NCBI GenBank assembly: GCA_039027095.1
Contig: JBCCLB010000015.1
Span: 34,331-98,330, forward strand
DNA from: Myxococcota bacterium
GTDB taxonomy: Bacteria; Myxococcota_A; Polyangia; Polyangiales; Polyangiaceae
Length of the DNA stretch: 64,000 bases
Direction: 5' to 3'
The stretch's first letter is position 1. Every line of letters starts with the position of its first letter. A program made the translations under genes and the position numbers. The notes under the pieces were generated by a model, which was not told the DNA's origin, ran no database searches, and saw only the letters and a list, made by a program, of their open reading frames with translations. Below are positions 55,117 through 64,000 of this stretch, in pieces.

Positions 55117-56616
55117 TTACGCTTGGCCCTCGGACGCCGGCGGCGGCTCGCTGGGGTGGCCGCGGCGACGTCGCATCAAGCCCCGGAGAAGCCCCACCAC
55201 GTCGCGGGCGTGGGCCGGGGCGACGATGAAGGCCGCGGCGATGTAGACGAGCGCCCCGGCGAGGATCTCGACGACGACGAGCAACCACGGCGACATGCCG
55301 GTCGGGAGGAGCAGGGCTCGGGTGCCGACCACGGCCCCCACCATCGGCGCGGTGGCGAGCAGGGGTTGCAGCATGGGCTTGGTGAGCCGCCACATGCTGA
55401 GGTCATCGGCCTTGACCACCGCGATGCTGGCCCATGCGTTGAGGGCAAACGCGACGCCCACCCCCGCGCACGCCCAGAGAATGTCGATGCGGCCGAGAAG
55501 GTAGACGAAGGCGCAAATCCCGCTCGTCTTGAGCAGCTCGAGAAAAAAGAGGGCCCGCGTTCGTTGCTCGGCCTGAAGGTAAGACGCGATCAGCCAGCCG
55601 ATGGGGCGAAACACGCTCAAGGCCGACAGCAGGGTCAGCATCGGCGCCATCGGATACCATCGCGGATCGAAGAGGGCCCGCACGAGGGTCTCGCTGATCG
55701 CGCCGAGGCCCACGGCGAGGGGAAACACGAGCAGGGCCATGAGGCCCGCGGCACGGACGAGGGCCCGCTGACGGTCGGGTCCGTCGAGGTTGGCGAGGGA
55801 GGGGAGAAGGACGTCGCCGATGTGCTCCCCGACGTGGTCGGTGGGAATGTCGGCGAGGTTGTACGCGAGGTTGTACTGCCCGACCGTGGTGGGCCCGAAC
55901 ATCCCCGCGATGATGAGGTTGTCGGCTTTGGCCGAGTACCAGTGGAGAATGTTCGACCCCGCCATCGGGAGGCTGAAGCGCAGCATCCGTCGGGTTACCG
56001 ACGCCCGCAGCCGACTCACGCGCAGCCATCGCGCGGGCTTCACGGCGAGGATCATCACGCCCGAGGAAACGATGCAGCGGACCAACAGCGCGTACGCGAG
56101 CGCCCAACCACCCATTCCCGCCGCGGCGAGCCCCAGGGCGGTGGCCGTGTAGACGATCTCGCTCAGGAGCACGCGGATCCCGAGAATGTTGAAGCGCATG
56201 TCCCGCGCGAGCACCCGACTCGGAATGTGTCCGGTGTGGTCGATGAAGACGGCGATCGTGAGGAGCGGGATGTACCCGAAGAACTCGTCGAATTCGGGGA
56301 ACGAAGCCTCGAAGTAAGGCGCCACCCACGGGAGGGGCAACAGCACGAGCAGGGTGGCGAGCTGATTGTAGACGGTGGCGTGAAAGACCACGTCGTCGCC
56401 CTCCCGCGGGTTGGCCACGATGTACTGGCCGACCCCGAGGGCGGCGAAGGTGCCGACGCTGGCGACGAAGATCCAGGCGGTGTTGACCTGGCCGTAGGCG
56501 TCCGGGGTCAGAAAGCGCGTGATGAGGAGGGTGCCGATCAGGCCCAGCGCCCGTCCCCCCACGCTGGTGCTGATGGTCCAAATGGCGCCGATGACGGCCT
56601 TGTACTTCAGGGACAT
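55117..56616 (-). CDS. polysaccharide/oligosaccharide flippase (Wzx-like, MOP superfamily)
   Basis: 499 aa with ~12-14 hydrophobic helices. The N-terminal pattern GAIWTISTSVGGRALGLIGTLLITRFLTPDAYG is typical of polysaccharide biosynthesis (Wzx) proteins. Confidence 0.8.
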   Translation of the reverse strand: MSLKYKAVIGAIWTISTSVGGRALGLIGTLLITRFLTPDAYGQVNTAWIFVASVGTFAALGVGQYIVANPREGDDVVFHATVYNQLATLLVLLPLPWVAPYFEASFPEFDEFFGYIPLLTIAVFIDHTGHIPSRVLARDMRFNILGIRVLLSEIVYTATALGLAAAGMGGWALAYALLVRCIVSSGVMILAVKPARWLRVSRLRASVTRRMLRFSLPMAGSNILHWYSAKADNLIIAGMFGPTTVGQYNLAYNLADIPTDHVGEHIGDVLLPSLANLDGPDRQRALVRAAGLMALLVFPLAVGLGAISETLVRALFDPRWYPMAPMLTLLSALSVFRPIGWLIASYLQAEQRTRALFFLELLKTSGICAFVYLLGRIDILWACAGVGVAFALNAWASIAVVKADDLSMWRLTKPMLQPLLATAPMVGAVVGTRALLLPTGMSPWLLVVVEILAGALVYIAAAFIVAPAHARDVVGLLRGLMRRRRGHPSEPPPASEGQA

Positions 56617-56693
56617 CGTGCGACCCGCCGCCGCCCCGGACGACGACGGCGAGGACTACCCGAGATGTCCGAGCCTGGGAAGCGCCACGAAGG

Positions 56694-57350
56694 CTACAGC
56701 CGGGGCACGCCGTCACCGGGTGCGGGCGACGGGGCCGGACGACGGACCGCGAGGCCCATCCGGACGCGAGGGGCGGGGGGAGGCGCCGACACCGCGGGCG
56801 CGGGGGTCGGCCTCGGCGCCATTTCGCCCATCTCAACCGCGGGGGGGTCGTCGATGGACCCTTCCGGCGCGATCGCGCCCATCATCGGCATCGGAGGGTC
56901 ATCGTCGTTGTTCGGGTGCACCGCGGTCGGGGGAGGGAGGCGGGGTGGACGGAGTCCGGGGTCGACGGTGGTGGCGGGCGTCGGGGAGGGGGCGGCGGCG
57001 GCGGGGGAAAAGGCGGCCAGCCCGGCGCCTCCCACTGCGAGCGCGGCCGCGGCAAAACGCGTCATCTGAGTCCGGCGCCGGCCGACCGGACAGTCGCGGT
57101 GAATGATCGTCCCGTCGCGGCGACGGTAGAGCCGAACGCAGAGGTCTCCCTCGTGCTCGGCGAGCAAACGTTCGGCTTCGTCGGCCGTCATGGCAGACAG
57201 GTCGTAGACGTTCTTGTCGCACTGGCCGCAGTGCCGGACGTGATCGTCGCCGGTCATCGCCCGCCACGACGCCGAACAGGGGCTCGCGATGCGGATGTCG
57301 CGGAGCAGGGGGAGGCCTCGTCGTCGGGGAGCGTTGTCGTCTCGGGTCAT
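56694..57350 (-). CDS. hypothetical protein with N-terminal Cys motif and Pro-rich C-terminus
   Basis: Contains IASPCSASWRAMTGDDHVRHCGQCDKNVYDLS, then DLCVRLYRRRDGTIIHRDC, one TM segment (FAAAALAVGGAGLAAF), and a Pro/Ala-rich tail. Confidence 0.65.
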   Translation of the reverse strand: MTRDDNAPRRRGLPLLRDIRIASPCSASWRAMTGDDHVRHCGQCDKNVYDLSAMTADEAERLLAEHEGDLCVRLYRRRDGTIIHRDCPVGRRRTQMTRFAAAALAVGGAGLAAFSPAAAAPSPTPATTVDPGLRPPRLPPPTAVHPNNDDDPPMPMMGAIAPEGSIDDPPAVEMGEMAPRPTPAPAVSAPPPAPRVRMGLAVRRPAPSPAPGDGVPRL

Positions 57351-57472
57351 GAGACGAATAAAACCCTCCCTCGAGCGGCGCCCCAGCACGGCTTCATCAC
57401 GAACCGAGAGCTCGCATCACCGTTGTGTCACGACCGGGCGCGGCCGGCGCTCGAAGCGCTCCCCACGCGCCC

Positions 57473-58090
57473 TCAGGCTCGGTTCGCGTCGGCGGCGGCG
57501 AGAACCTCCTGGGCGTGCTCGGCCGGGGAGACCCGCCGCCACACCTTCACGACCTTACCGTCCTTGATGAGAAACGAATGACGCGCCGCGAACTCGCCCT
57601 GGACGGGGACGTCAAAAGCGCGCGCTACGCTGCCGTCGTCGACCACGAGGCCGAAGGGCAGCTCGTGTTTCTCGATGAACGCCTGGTGGGAGGCGGCATC
57701 CTGCATCGACACCCCGAACACCTTGACCCCCCGCTCCTGGAGATCGGCATAGTTGTCGCGCAGGCCCTTCGCCTCGACGGTGCAGCCCGGCGTGTCGTCT
57801 TTGGGGTAGAAATAGACGAAGACGAGGCCCTTCTGGTCGCCGAGCGCGACCTTCGTTCCATCCTGCAGGGTCATCTCGACCTTCGGCGCCGCATCCCCTT
57901 CCGCCAGTACCTTTTGCTCCATAGGCGCCTCCTTAGCGGGCTCAGCCGGATTCGGGGTCTTCGCGTCGGCCTCCCCGGTCTTCGGCGTTGCGGCCGAGGG
58001 AGACGCGGCATCGCCGCACGCAGTCGGACCCACGGCGATGAGGGTCAGCGACAGAAACAGGCGGGCGGGGCGGACCAGAGCAAAACGCAT
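57473..58090 (-). CDS. bcp: Bcp-type peroxiredoxin with lipoprotein signal (extracytoplasmic)
   Basis: N-terminus MRFALVRPARLFLSLTLIAVGPTACGD (lipobox), a Pro/Ala/Lys linker, then VFVYFYPKDDTPGCTVEA. Confidence 0.85.
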   Translation of the reverse strand: MRFALVRPARLFLSLTLIAVGPTACGDAASPSAATPKTGEADAKTPNPAEPAKEAPMEQKVLAEGDAAPKVEMTLQDGTKVALGDQKGLVFVYFYPKDDTPGCTVEAKGLRDNYADLQERGVKVFGVSMQDAASHQAFIEKHELPFGLVVDDGSVARAFDVPVQGEFAARHSFLIKDGKVVKVWRRVSPAEHAQEVLAAADANRA

Positions 58091-58145
58091 GGCGGGTCTT
58101 TAACGGCGACAGAGCCAAAGACCACCATGGCGCGACCGCCATCGC

Positions 58146-59366
58146 TTAGAAGCGATAGCCAGCGCTCAAACCGAAGAGCGGGAGTTTGACGTCGCGGGTG
58201 ACCACCTCGGTGAGCGCCGCGTCGAACAGGGGTTCGGCGCTGTTCTGGAGGTCGCGATCCTCGGGGATGTCGAGCGTCGCGGAGGCGGCGAGGGTGTGCA
58301 GGTAGCCGACCTGGGCCCGGATCACCAAGTGGTCGTCGAAGGCGAGAAAACGCCACCCGAGGCCGAGGTGAAGATTGTGGAGTTGCGCCCCCACGCCCAG
58401 CGGGCCGTCGAATTGCGCCTCGATTTGGTCGCCGAGCTCGTCGTCGACCAGGCTCGCGACCACGTCGGGCGTGGCCGTGCCACCTACGCCAATGTACGTG
58501 TACCCGGCGTACAGCTCGAAGCCCGCCGCCGAGAAGGGTCGCCATCCCCCGCCCGCCCGCACCACCACCGAGTCGCCGAGGGCATCTTCGATGGCGGGAC
58601 CGAGAATGGCGTTGTCGGTGCCGAAAGCTTCCACCAGCCCCACCACCGCGTCCGCGTAGCCACCGGGCAACCACCCGAGCTCGAATTGGAAGAGGATCCG
58701 GCCCGGGATCTCGAGCGAGAGCCGCGGGCCCACATCGATGGGGAAGGTCGTCCCGAGCGATACATCGAAGGCCACGGGCGACGGCTCCCGGTCCCCCTCG
58801 CCTTCGGGGGGTGCCGATGGCGGCGGGTCTTCCGGGCGTGCGTAGCCGGGTTGAGGGTAGCGCCCGTAACCGGGCGGGGGAGGCTGACCCGGCTGGGGGT
58901 AACCAGGGCGGCCGTACCCGGGCTGCGGGTAGCTGGGTCGAGGCCCGTACCCGGGCTGGGGGTAGCCGGGCTGCGGGTATCCGGGTTGCGGGTATCCGGG
59001 TTGGGGGTACCGGGGCTGCGGGTATCCGGGTTGCGGGTATCCGGGTTGGGGGTACCGGGGCTGCGGGTATCCGGGTTGCGGGTATCCGGGTTGCGGGTAT
59101 CCGGGCTGTGGGTAGCCAGGCTGTGGGTAGCCGGGTTGGGGGTAGGCACCCGGCTGCGGAGAGCCGGGTCGGGGCCGGACGACCGGCGGCGGAGGGGGGG
59201 CCGCCGGGGCGCCGGCGGAGGGAGGCGGCGGCGGCGCATCGCGCTCCGCGTCGCCGGGCGCGGGCGATTGCGCCGAGGCCGAAGACGCGACGGTGATCGC
59301 GACCGAGGTGGCGACGTGTCCCTTCCGGATGCGACGGCGGAACCAGCTCGAGAAGCAGGACGGCAT
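58146..59366 (-). CDS. secreted YPQPG-repeat protein with C-terminal beta-barrel-like domain
   Basis: Signal peptide ending SSASAQS. There are 13 contiguous YPQP(G/R) pentapeptides plus degenerate ones. The C-terminal ~220 aa has alternating hydrophobic pattern and ends LSAGYRF (aromatic terminal residue typical of outer-membrane barrels). Confidence 0.8.
   Translation of the reverse strand: MPSCFSSWFRRRIRKGHVATSVAITVASSASAQSPAPGDAERDAPPPPPSAGAPAAPPPPPVVRPRPGSPQPGAYPQPGYPQPGYPQPGYPQPGYPQPGYPQPRYPQPGYPQPGYPQPRYPQPGYPQPGYPQPGYPQPGYGPRPSYPQPGYGRPGYPQPGQPPPPGYGRYPQPGYARPEDPPPSAPPEGEGDREPSPVAFDVSLGTTFPIDVGPRLSLEIPGRILFQFELGWLPGGYADAVVGLVEAFGTDNAILGPAIEDALGDSVVVRAGGGWRPFSAAGFELYAGYTYIGVGGTATPDVVASLVDDELGDQIEAQFDGPLGVGAQLHNLHLGLGWRFLAFDDHLVIRAQVGYLHTLAASATLDIPEDRDLQNSAEPLFDAALTEVVTRDVKLPLFGLSAGYRF
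58836..59162. repeat. 15-bp coding tandem repeat (YPQPG) with 45-bp higher-order period
   Basis: The unit gggtatccgggttgc and variants are repeated. The 45-bp block gggtatccgggttgcgggtatccgggttgggggtaccggggctgc occurs twice in tandem around 58976-59065. Confidence 0.9.
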
Positions 59367-59375
59367 GGGCGAAGG

Positions 59376-60704
59376 TCAGCGGGGAGGAAACGACGGCAAT
59401 TCGACGGTGACGGTGGTGCCTTCTCGTGGTTGAGAGTCGATGACGATGGTGCCCCGATGCGCCTCCACGATTCTTTTCACGATGGCGAGACCGAGGCCCG
59501 TACCTTCGGCTCGGGTGGTGAAAAAGGGCTCCCACACGTGCGCCAACGTTCTGGGGTCCATGCCGGCACCTTCGTCTCGAATCCGCACCCGAACGCGCGG
59601 GGGACCCTCGTTCGCGGTCGTCCCCGCCTCCACCACGACCCGCCCTCCCCCCTGTTCGCGCGTGGCTTGGTGCGCATTGACGATCAGGTTCACGATCGCT
59701 TGCACCAAGTTGTGCGCGTCCCCGGGAATGGCGGGCATGGGCGTCGCGATCTTCCGTTCGATCACGACGGATTCGGTCGGCCCGCATTGCTGTTCGGCCG
59801 CGAAGACGGCGCGGGTGAGCAACTCGGCCACGTCGACGTTCTCGCGGTCGGCATCGGTGGGCGCGGCGAACGTGAGCATGTCGTCGATGATGCGTCCGAC
59901 CCGGTCGACCTCCTCGTCGAGAATGCGCTGCAGCAGGGCTGCTTCGGGAGCGTCGTCGACGTGGCGCCGAAGGGCCGTGAGGCTGTTCTGCATGACGGCC
60001 AGGGGGTTGCGAATTTCGTGGGCGACCACGGCCGCCATCTCTCCCAGCGCGGCGAGACGCTCGGCGCGGGCGAGCTCGTCACGGGTGCGCCGTTCGCCCT
60101 CGAGGGCGGCCTCGAGTTCACGAACGAGCCGTTCCCTGCCGATGACCTCGCGCTTGAAGCGAAGCAAGGTCGCGGCACTTCGGGCGAAAATCGCGAAGGC
60201 CTGTCGCTGCGCTTCCCCGAGGTCGTCGCCGTAATTCAGGGCGGCGACGCCCATCGGTTGGGTGCCCGCCATGAGCGGGAGCACCACGCTCGACTTGCCG
60301 TGCAGGGATCGCTGGATGGCGGGCAGCACGTCCCGGGGCACGTCGAAGACGGCGGCGAGATGGGCTGCGATCGCTTCGGCGCCCTGGATGTAGCGGGCCT
60401 CACCCGCCGCCATGACCCGGACGTAAGGGTGCTCGCGGGCTTGCAGCGGGAGACTGAAGTCCATCAGCGCTCCTAGCTTCACGGTGGCGAAGAGGGCATC
60501 GGTTTGCTCTTCCGGCCAGCGGGCAAGCGCCCGGAGCCGCGTGTCGTCCCGCAGCAGGATCCAGCTCATCACCGCGCCCAGGTCCGCGAAGCCCTTCGCC
60601 AGACGCCGTCCGAGTTCGAAGATGTCTTCGAGTTCGAGAAGCTCGGACATCGTCGCGAGGACGGTCTGAACGTGCGTTTCGAGCTTGTGAGGGGGCGCAG
60701 CCAT
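59376..60704 (-). CDS. cytoplasmic GAF-domain sensor histidine kinase
   Basis: H-box AAVVAHEIRNPL. N/G boxes IVNLIVNAHQAT, RDEGAGM and GTGLGLAIVKRIV. The N-terminal ~200 aa are GAF-like. Track ORF trimmed from 61112 to MAAPPHKLE. Confidence 0.85.
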   Translation of the reverse strand: MAAPPHKLETHVQTVLATMSELLELEDIFELGRRLAKGFADLGAVMSWILLRDDTRLRALARWPEEQTDALFATVKLGALMDFSLPLQAREHPYVRVMAAGEARYIQGAEAIAAHLAAVFDVPRDVLPAIQRSLHGKSSVVLPLMAGTQPMGVAALNYGDDLGEAQRQAFAIFARSAATLLRFKREVIGRERLVRELEAALEGERRTRDELARAERLAALGEMAAVVAHEIRNPLAVMQNSLTALRRHVDDAPEAALLQRILDEEVDRVGRIIDDMLTFAAPTDADRENVDVAELLTRAVFAAEQQCGPTESVVIERKIATPMPAIPGDAHNLVQAIVNLIVNAHQATREQGGGRVVVEAGTTANEGPPRVRVRIRDEGAGMDPRTLAHVWEPFFTTRAEGTGLGLAIVKRIVEAHRGTIVIDSQPREGTTVTVELPSFPPR

Positions 60705-60855
60705 GAACACCGCCACCCCCCGGTGGGCCGCTTCATCATGGTCAAGACCTCTCCGCGACACCAGCGACGGACCGGATCGGCTCGGTTGGCGGCCCCCGGC
60801 CGGCGGTCGCCCCCCGGCTTTTCGTGCGCGGCCCACGCCGCTACAACGGACGCAC

Positions 60856-62451
60856 ATGGTGGAACTCGTCATCGAGAACGACGTCGCGCGGGTCCTGGAA
60901 CGAGCGGCGGAGGAAAAGGTGTCGGGGGGATGGGATGCGTTGGTCCTCGTGGCGCCGGCGGGGGCGACCACGTCGCTGCCGGCCGTCGACCAGGGGCTGA
61001 CGCGGGCGCGGGCGGCGGATGCGTCGTTCGATGGGGCCGGCGGCGCCCATCTCGTGGTGACGGAGGGCGTCCCGGGAACGCGGCTCGTCTTCGCGTCGGT
61101 CGGTGACCTCACGAAAGAGTACGACGATGTGCGCCGCTACCGAGACGCGGCGGCGGCGGCGGTCCGCCGGGCTCGAGACGCGGGGGCGCAACGGCCGCTG
61201 CTCGTCGTCGCTCCGATGGCCGATCGTCCCGACCTCGCCCAGGCCGTCGCGGTGAGTGCGCTCGGCGCCATGGGAGGGCTTTGGGAGCCTTACGAAGCCC
61301 GCGTCCCCGGCGACGGGCGGCCGCTCGACCCTCCCGTGGAGCCGGTCGAGAAGCTCGGTTTGGCCTCGCTCGCGGGGCCCGTTTCCTCCGAACTCGCCGC
61401 CTGGGTGCGGGCGGTCGAGCGGGGACGTCGCCTCGCCCGAGACCTCGGGGGTACCGAGCCGGAGCGAATGGCGCCGCCTGCGTTTGCCCGACGGTGCCGC
61501 GACGCCTTCGCCGATACCGGCATCGACGTCGACGTGGTCGACGACCTCGACGTGATCGTCCGAGACTACCCCGTGTTGTCCGCGGTGGCGCGGGCGTCGT
61601 TCCCGGTGGCGCGCCACCATCCCCGCATCGTTCGGCTTCGGTACCGACCCGCGGGCGAGGTGCGCCGGACCCTCTTTTTTGCCGGCAAGGGGGTCACCTA
61701 CGACACCGGCGGCGCCGACCTCAAGGTCGGTGGCCACATGGCCGGTATGAGCCGCGACAAGGGGGGCGCCGCCGCCATCGCCGGCATGATGCTCGCGATC
61801 GCGGAGCTGAAGCCCGAAGGGGTCGAGGTGGTGGCCGAACTCGGCGTGGTGCGGAACAGCATCGGGGCGGAAGCGTTCGTCGCCGACGAGATCATCACGG
61901 GCCATAGCGGGGTCCGGGTGCGGATCGGAAACACCGACGCCGAAGGGCGGCTGGTGATGGCCGACCTCCTGAGCCATCTCCGCGAGGAAGCGCGTACGGC
62001 GCCGTCCCCCACCCTGTTCACATGCGCCACCCTCACCGGCCACGCTGCGCTCGCGATGGGCCCCTACAGCCTTACGGTCGAGAATCGCCCGGCCCGCCAG
62101 CAGGGGATCGGAGTGCGCCTCGCCGACGCGGGCGAACGATGGGGCGATCCTTTCGAAACGTCGCGGCTGCGTCGCGAAGACTGGGACTTCATCCGGCCCC
62201 GCTCCCGCGCGGACGACGTCATCAATTGCAACAACGCGCCCTCCTCGGCCACCGCGCGCGGTCACCAGTTTCCCGCCGCTTTTCTGCTCATCGCATCCGG
62301 TCTCGCCGCCCACGGCCATCGCGACGCGGAGGTGCTGCTTCCTTTCGTCCATATCGACATCGGAGGCAGCGCCTGCGAGGGGGGTGATTGGCAACACGGG
62401 CGCCCCACCGCGGCGCCGGTGGTGGCCCTGGTCGCCGCGCTCTTTGAGTAG
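60856..62451 (+). CDS. M17-family leucyl aminopeptidase-like protein
   Basis: Contains FAGKGVTYDTGGADLK, MSRDKGGAAA and NTDAEGRLVMADLL. Confidence 0.85.
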   Translation: MVELVIENDVARVLERAAEEKVSGGWDALVLVAPAGATTSLPAVDQGLTRARAADASFDGAGGAHLVVTEGVPGTRLVFASVGDLTKEYDDVRRYRDAAAAAVRRARDAGAQRPLLVVAPMADRPDLAQAVAVSALGAMGGLWEPYEARVPGDGRPLDPPVEPVEKLGLASLAGPVSSELAAWVRAVERGRRLARDLGGTEPERMAPPAFARRCRDAFADTGIDVDVVDDLDVIVRDYPVLSAVARASFPVARHHPRIVRLRYRPAGEVRRTLFFAGKGVTYDTGGADLKVGGHMAGMSRDKGGAAAIAGMMLAIAELKPEGVEVVAELGVVRNSIGAEAFVADEIITGHSGVRVRIGNTDAEGRLVMADLLSHLREEARTAPSPTLFTCATLTGHAALAMGPYSLTVENRPARQQGIGVRLADAGERWGDPFETSRLRREDWDFIRPRSRADDVINCNNAPSSATARGHQFPAAFLLIASGLAAHGHRDAEVLLPFVHIDIGGSACEGGDWQHGRPTAAPVVALVAALFE

Positions 62452-62474
62452 GGCGGCGCTCTTTGAGTAGGGCG
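62437..62474. repeat. 19-bp direct tandem duplication spanning the M17 peptidase stop codon
   Basis: gcgctctttgagtagggcg occurs twice in tandem (62437-62455 and 62456-62474), followed by a degenerate partial third copy (gctcattgag). Confidence 0.9.
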
Positions 62475-62501
62475 GCTCATTGAGAGCCCACCTACGTCGC
62501 G

Positions 62502-64000
62502 TCACGCGCGGAGGGAGGTCGTCCAGGCGGCCACGTCCCTCGCGAGGTCCTTCTCGTGGCCCCGTTGGCCGTATCTCAAGGCCGCATACCGGTGCAGCAA
62601 GGCGGCGGCTTCGGCCGCGGCTTCGCCGGGAAGACTTGGGTCGGCCACGATGCGGTTGGCCCATTGGACCGGCGTCTCGGCGGGGTGGCGGGGTAGTCCG
62701 GCCTGCGACAGCGCCTCACTGAGGTCTTGGAAGCAAGCCAGAGGTCCGGCGGAGGCCGGCCCGGTCGGGAAGCGGCGTCGACGCCACGTACGCACCGCGA
62801 GGAGCAGGAGGATCAAGACCGACGGGGGAACGAGCATCTCGGCGGGGGTACGCGCGTCGAGCCAGTCGAGAAACGCGAGCCATTGGCTGCCCGCCGCATC
62901 GGCGACGGCCGCGAGCCACGGCGTTTGACCCCGAGACGCCAAGGCCGGCACCGCGGGGGTGGGGTCGAACGTGCGCCACCGCGCGCCGTCCCACGCTTCG
63001 ACCCAAGCGTGCGCATCGCGCTCCCGTACCAGCGCGTACCCTCCGACGGCGTTGTACTCGGTGACGCGATAGCCTCCTACCACGCGGGCGGGGATGGACA
63101 GCGTTCGCGCGAGGAGCGCGAAGCTCGACGCGAAGTGCTCACAGTGTCCACTGCGACCCTCGCGGATGAACGACACGACCGGATCGACGCCGAAGGGCAC
63201 TTCGTTGTCGAGCGAGTAGGCGTGACGGGCGCCCAGCTCTCGGGCCAACGCTTGGAGGCGCGCGGTGGGGTCGGCCGCCGTGTCTCGGGTCCACGCCTCG
63301 GCGTAGGGCTTCAGCGCGTAGAATACCGATACCGGCATGCGGAGATCCTCCGGCGCGGGCGGATCGACCGGGAAGGTAGGGCTTTCGCCCGGCCGATACC
63401 AAACCCGTTGCGCGGGCTCGGCCGCGACCGGCGCGAGAATGCCCATCCGATCCACGAGCGCGTACCCTGTCGACACGGCGACGTCCCGAGCCCCGGGGGG
63501 CAGAAAGTAGCGCTTCGGTTCGTCGTCGATGAACTCGATGGCGACGACGTCATCGCCGACGGGGGCCATGGGGGGGGTGATGCTGCGGATCCGCTCGGGG
63601 TGGGACCAGCGACCGAACTTATACCGGTTGTAGACGACCCCGCGCAGCAGCGGTGGCGCCCCGCCCCGGATGCGGAGGACGCGATCTTCGGATTCGAGCA
63701 ATCCCCGCAGGTCGCCCAGATCGAGCCGGTCGCTGAATCCGGTCCGGGCGACGACCCTTTGCATCACCTGTCGGACCGCCCAGCGATGCGCCTGCGGGAT
63801 CGACGCCACGAGCGCCACCGCCACCGCCGCCGCCACGGCACCGAGCGCGGCGATGGCCCACGCGCGGCGACGCGCGATGCCGGTGAGCGGACCGTGGCCC
63901 GGGTCGCCGTACCGGCGTGCGAACGCCGTCGCCCCCAGGAACAGGACGACGAACGCGGGGTAGAGCCAACCTCGGTTGACGCCGCCACACGCGGTGAAGC
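62502..64000 (-). CDS. transglutaminase-like domain membrane protein (5' end beyond the right edge)
   Basis: Transglutaminase core GHCEHFASSFALLARTLSIPARVVGGY...DAHAWVEAW. The frame stays open from 63836 to the window edge (FTACGGVNRGWLYPAFVVLFLGATAFARRYGDPGHGPLTGIARRRAWAIAALGAV), so GTG 63836 in the track is probably internal. Confidence 0.85.
   Translation of the reverse strand, partial: FTACGGVNRGWLYPAFVVLFLGATAFARRYGDPGHGPLTGIARRRAWAIAALGAVAAAVAVALVASIPQAHRWAVRQVMQRVVARTGFSDRLDLGDLRGLLESEDRVLRIRGGAPPLLRGVVYNRYKFGRWSHPERIRSITPPMAPVGDDVVAIEFIDDEPKRYFLPPGARDVAVSTGYALVDRMGILAPVAAEPAQRVWYRPGESPTFPVDPPAPEDLRMPVSVFYALKPYAEAWTRDTAADPTARLQALARELGARHAYSLDNEVPFGVDPVVSFIREGRSGHCEHFASSFALLARTLSIPARVVGGYRVTEYNAVGGYALVRERDAHAWVEAWDGARWRTFDPTPAVPALASRGQTPWLAAVADAAGSQWLAFLDWLDARTPAEMLVPPSVLILLLLAVRTWRRRRFPTGPASAGPLACFQDLSEALSQAGLPRHPAETPVQWANRIVADPSLPGEAAAEAAALLHRYAALRYGQRGHEKDLARDVAAWTTSLRA

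Noticed and set aside
54793-57069. 758-aa plus-strand ORF across the flippase region
   Set aside because: It is antisense to a clear 12-14-helix Wzx-like protein and to the Cys-motif protein. The translation is low-complexity (RRGG, HRR runs).
58045-60476. ORFs 58045..59787 (-, 580 aa) and 58296..60476 (+, 726 aa)
   Set aside because: They overlap the histidine kinase and the YPQPG barrel gene in other frames. The translations are Arg/Gly/Pro low-complexity, including frame-shifted readings of the 15-bp repeat.

Overview
Very GC-rich, gene-dense chromosomal segment. Third codon positions are almost all G/C, and long antisense shadow ORFs cover most real genes. I call about 52 protein-coding genes. 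I see no rRNA or tRNA genes, no transposase, integrase or phage genes, and no CRISPR array. The gene content suggests a myxobacterium (Myxococcota, Polyangia-like); this is inference only. It includes three Hanks-type Ser/Thr kinases, PEGA/TPR/VWA/FHA proteins, a consensus sigma-54 promoter, a serpin, many lipoproteins and Pro-rich linkers. Recognisable genes are: an xdhABC-type xanthine dehydrogenase operon, a PolX-PHP polymerase, an AlaX-type editing protein, a mitochondrial-type EF-G paralogue, two Bcp peroxiredoxins, a SMUG1-type uracil-DNA glycosylase, M1 and M17 aminopeptidases, an ACC-deaminase-family PLP enzyme, a TetR regulator, a GAF histidine kinase, a Wzx-type flippase, and a transglutaminase-domain membrane protein that runs off the right edge. 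Best candidate for an undescribed system: a translationally coupled five-gene cassette at 14928-19413. It encodes a ParA/MinD-type ATPase, two MglB-like Roadblock/LC7 proteins, an internally duplicated unknown protein, and an orphan HslV/proteasome-beta-like Thr protease with Thr1/Asp17/Lys33 in register. No AAA+ unfoldase is nearby. Other notable signals: (a) a 146-bp element present twice (141/146 identical) in inverted orientation at 10750-10895 and 19418-19563, each copy ending 18-19 nt before the start codon of a different gene, the pair bracketing 8.5 kb; (b) a perfect sigma-54 promoter in the only AT-rich island, upstream of a 91-aa basic protein; (c) a 20-bp tandem array between the convergent serpin and M1 peptidase genes; (d) a YPQPG pentapeptide array (15-bp and 45-bp DNA periodicity) in a predicted beta-barrel protein; (e) a tyrosine-phosphatase-FHA fusion with no canonical ATG start.
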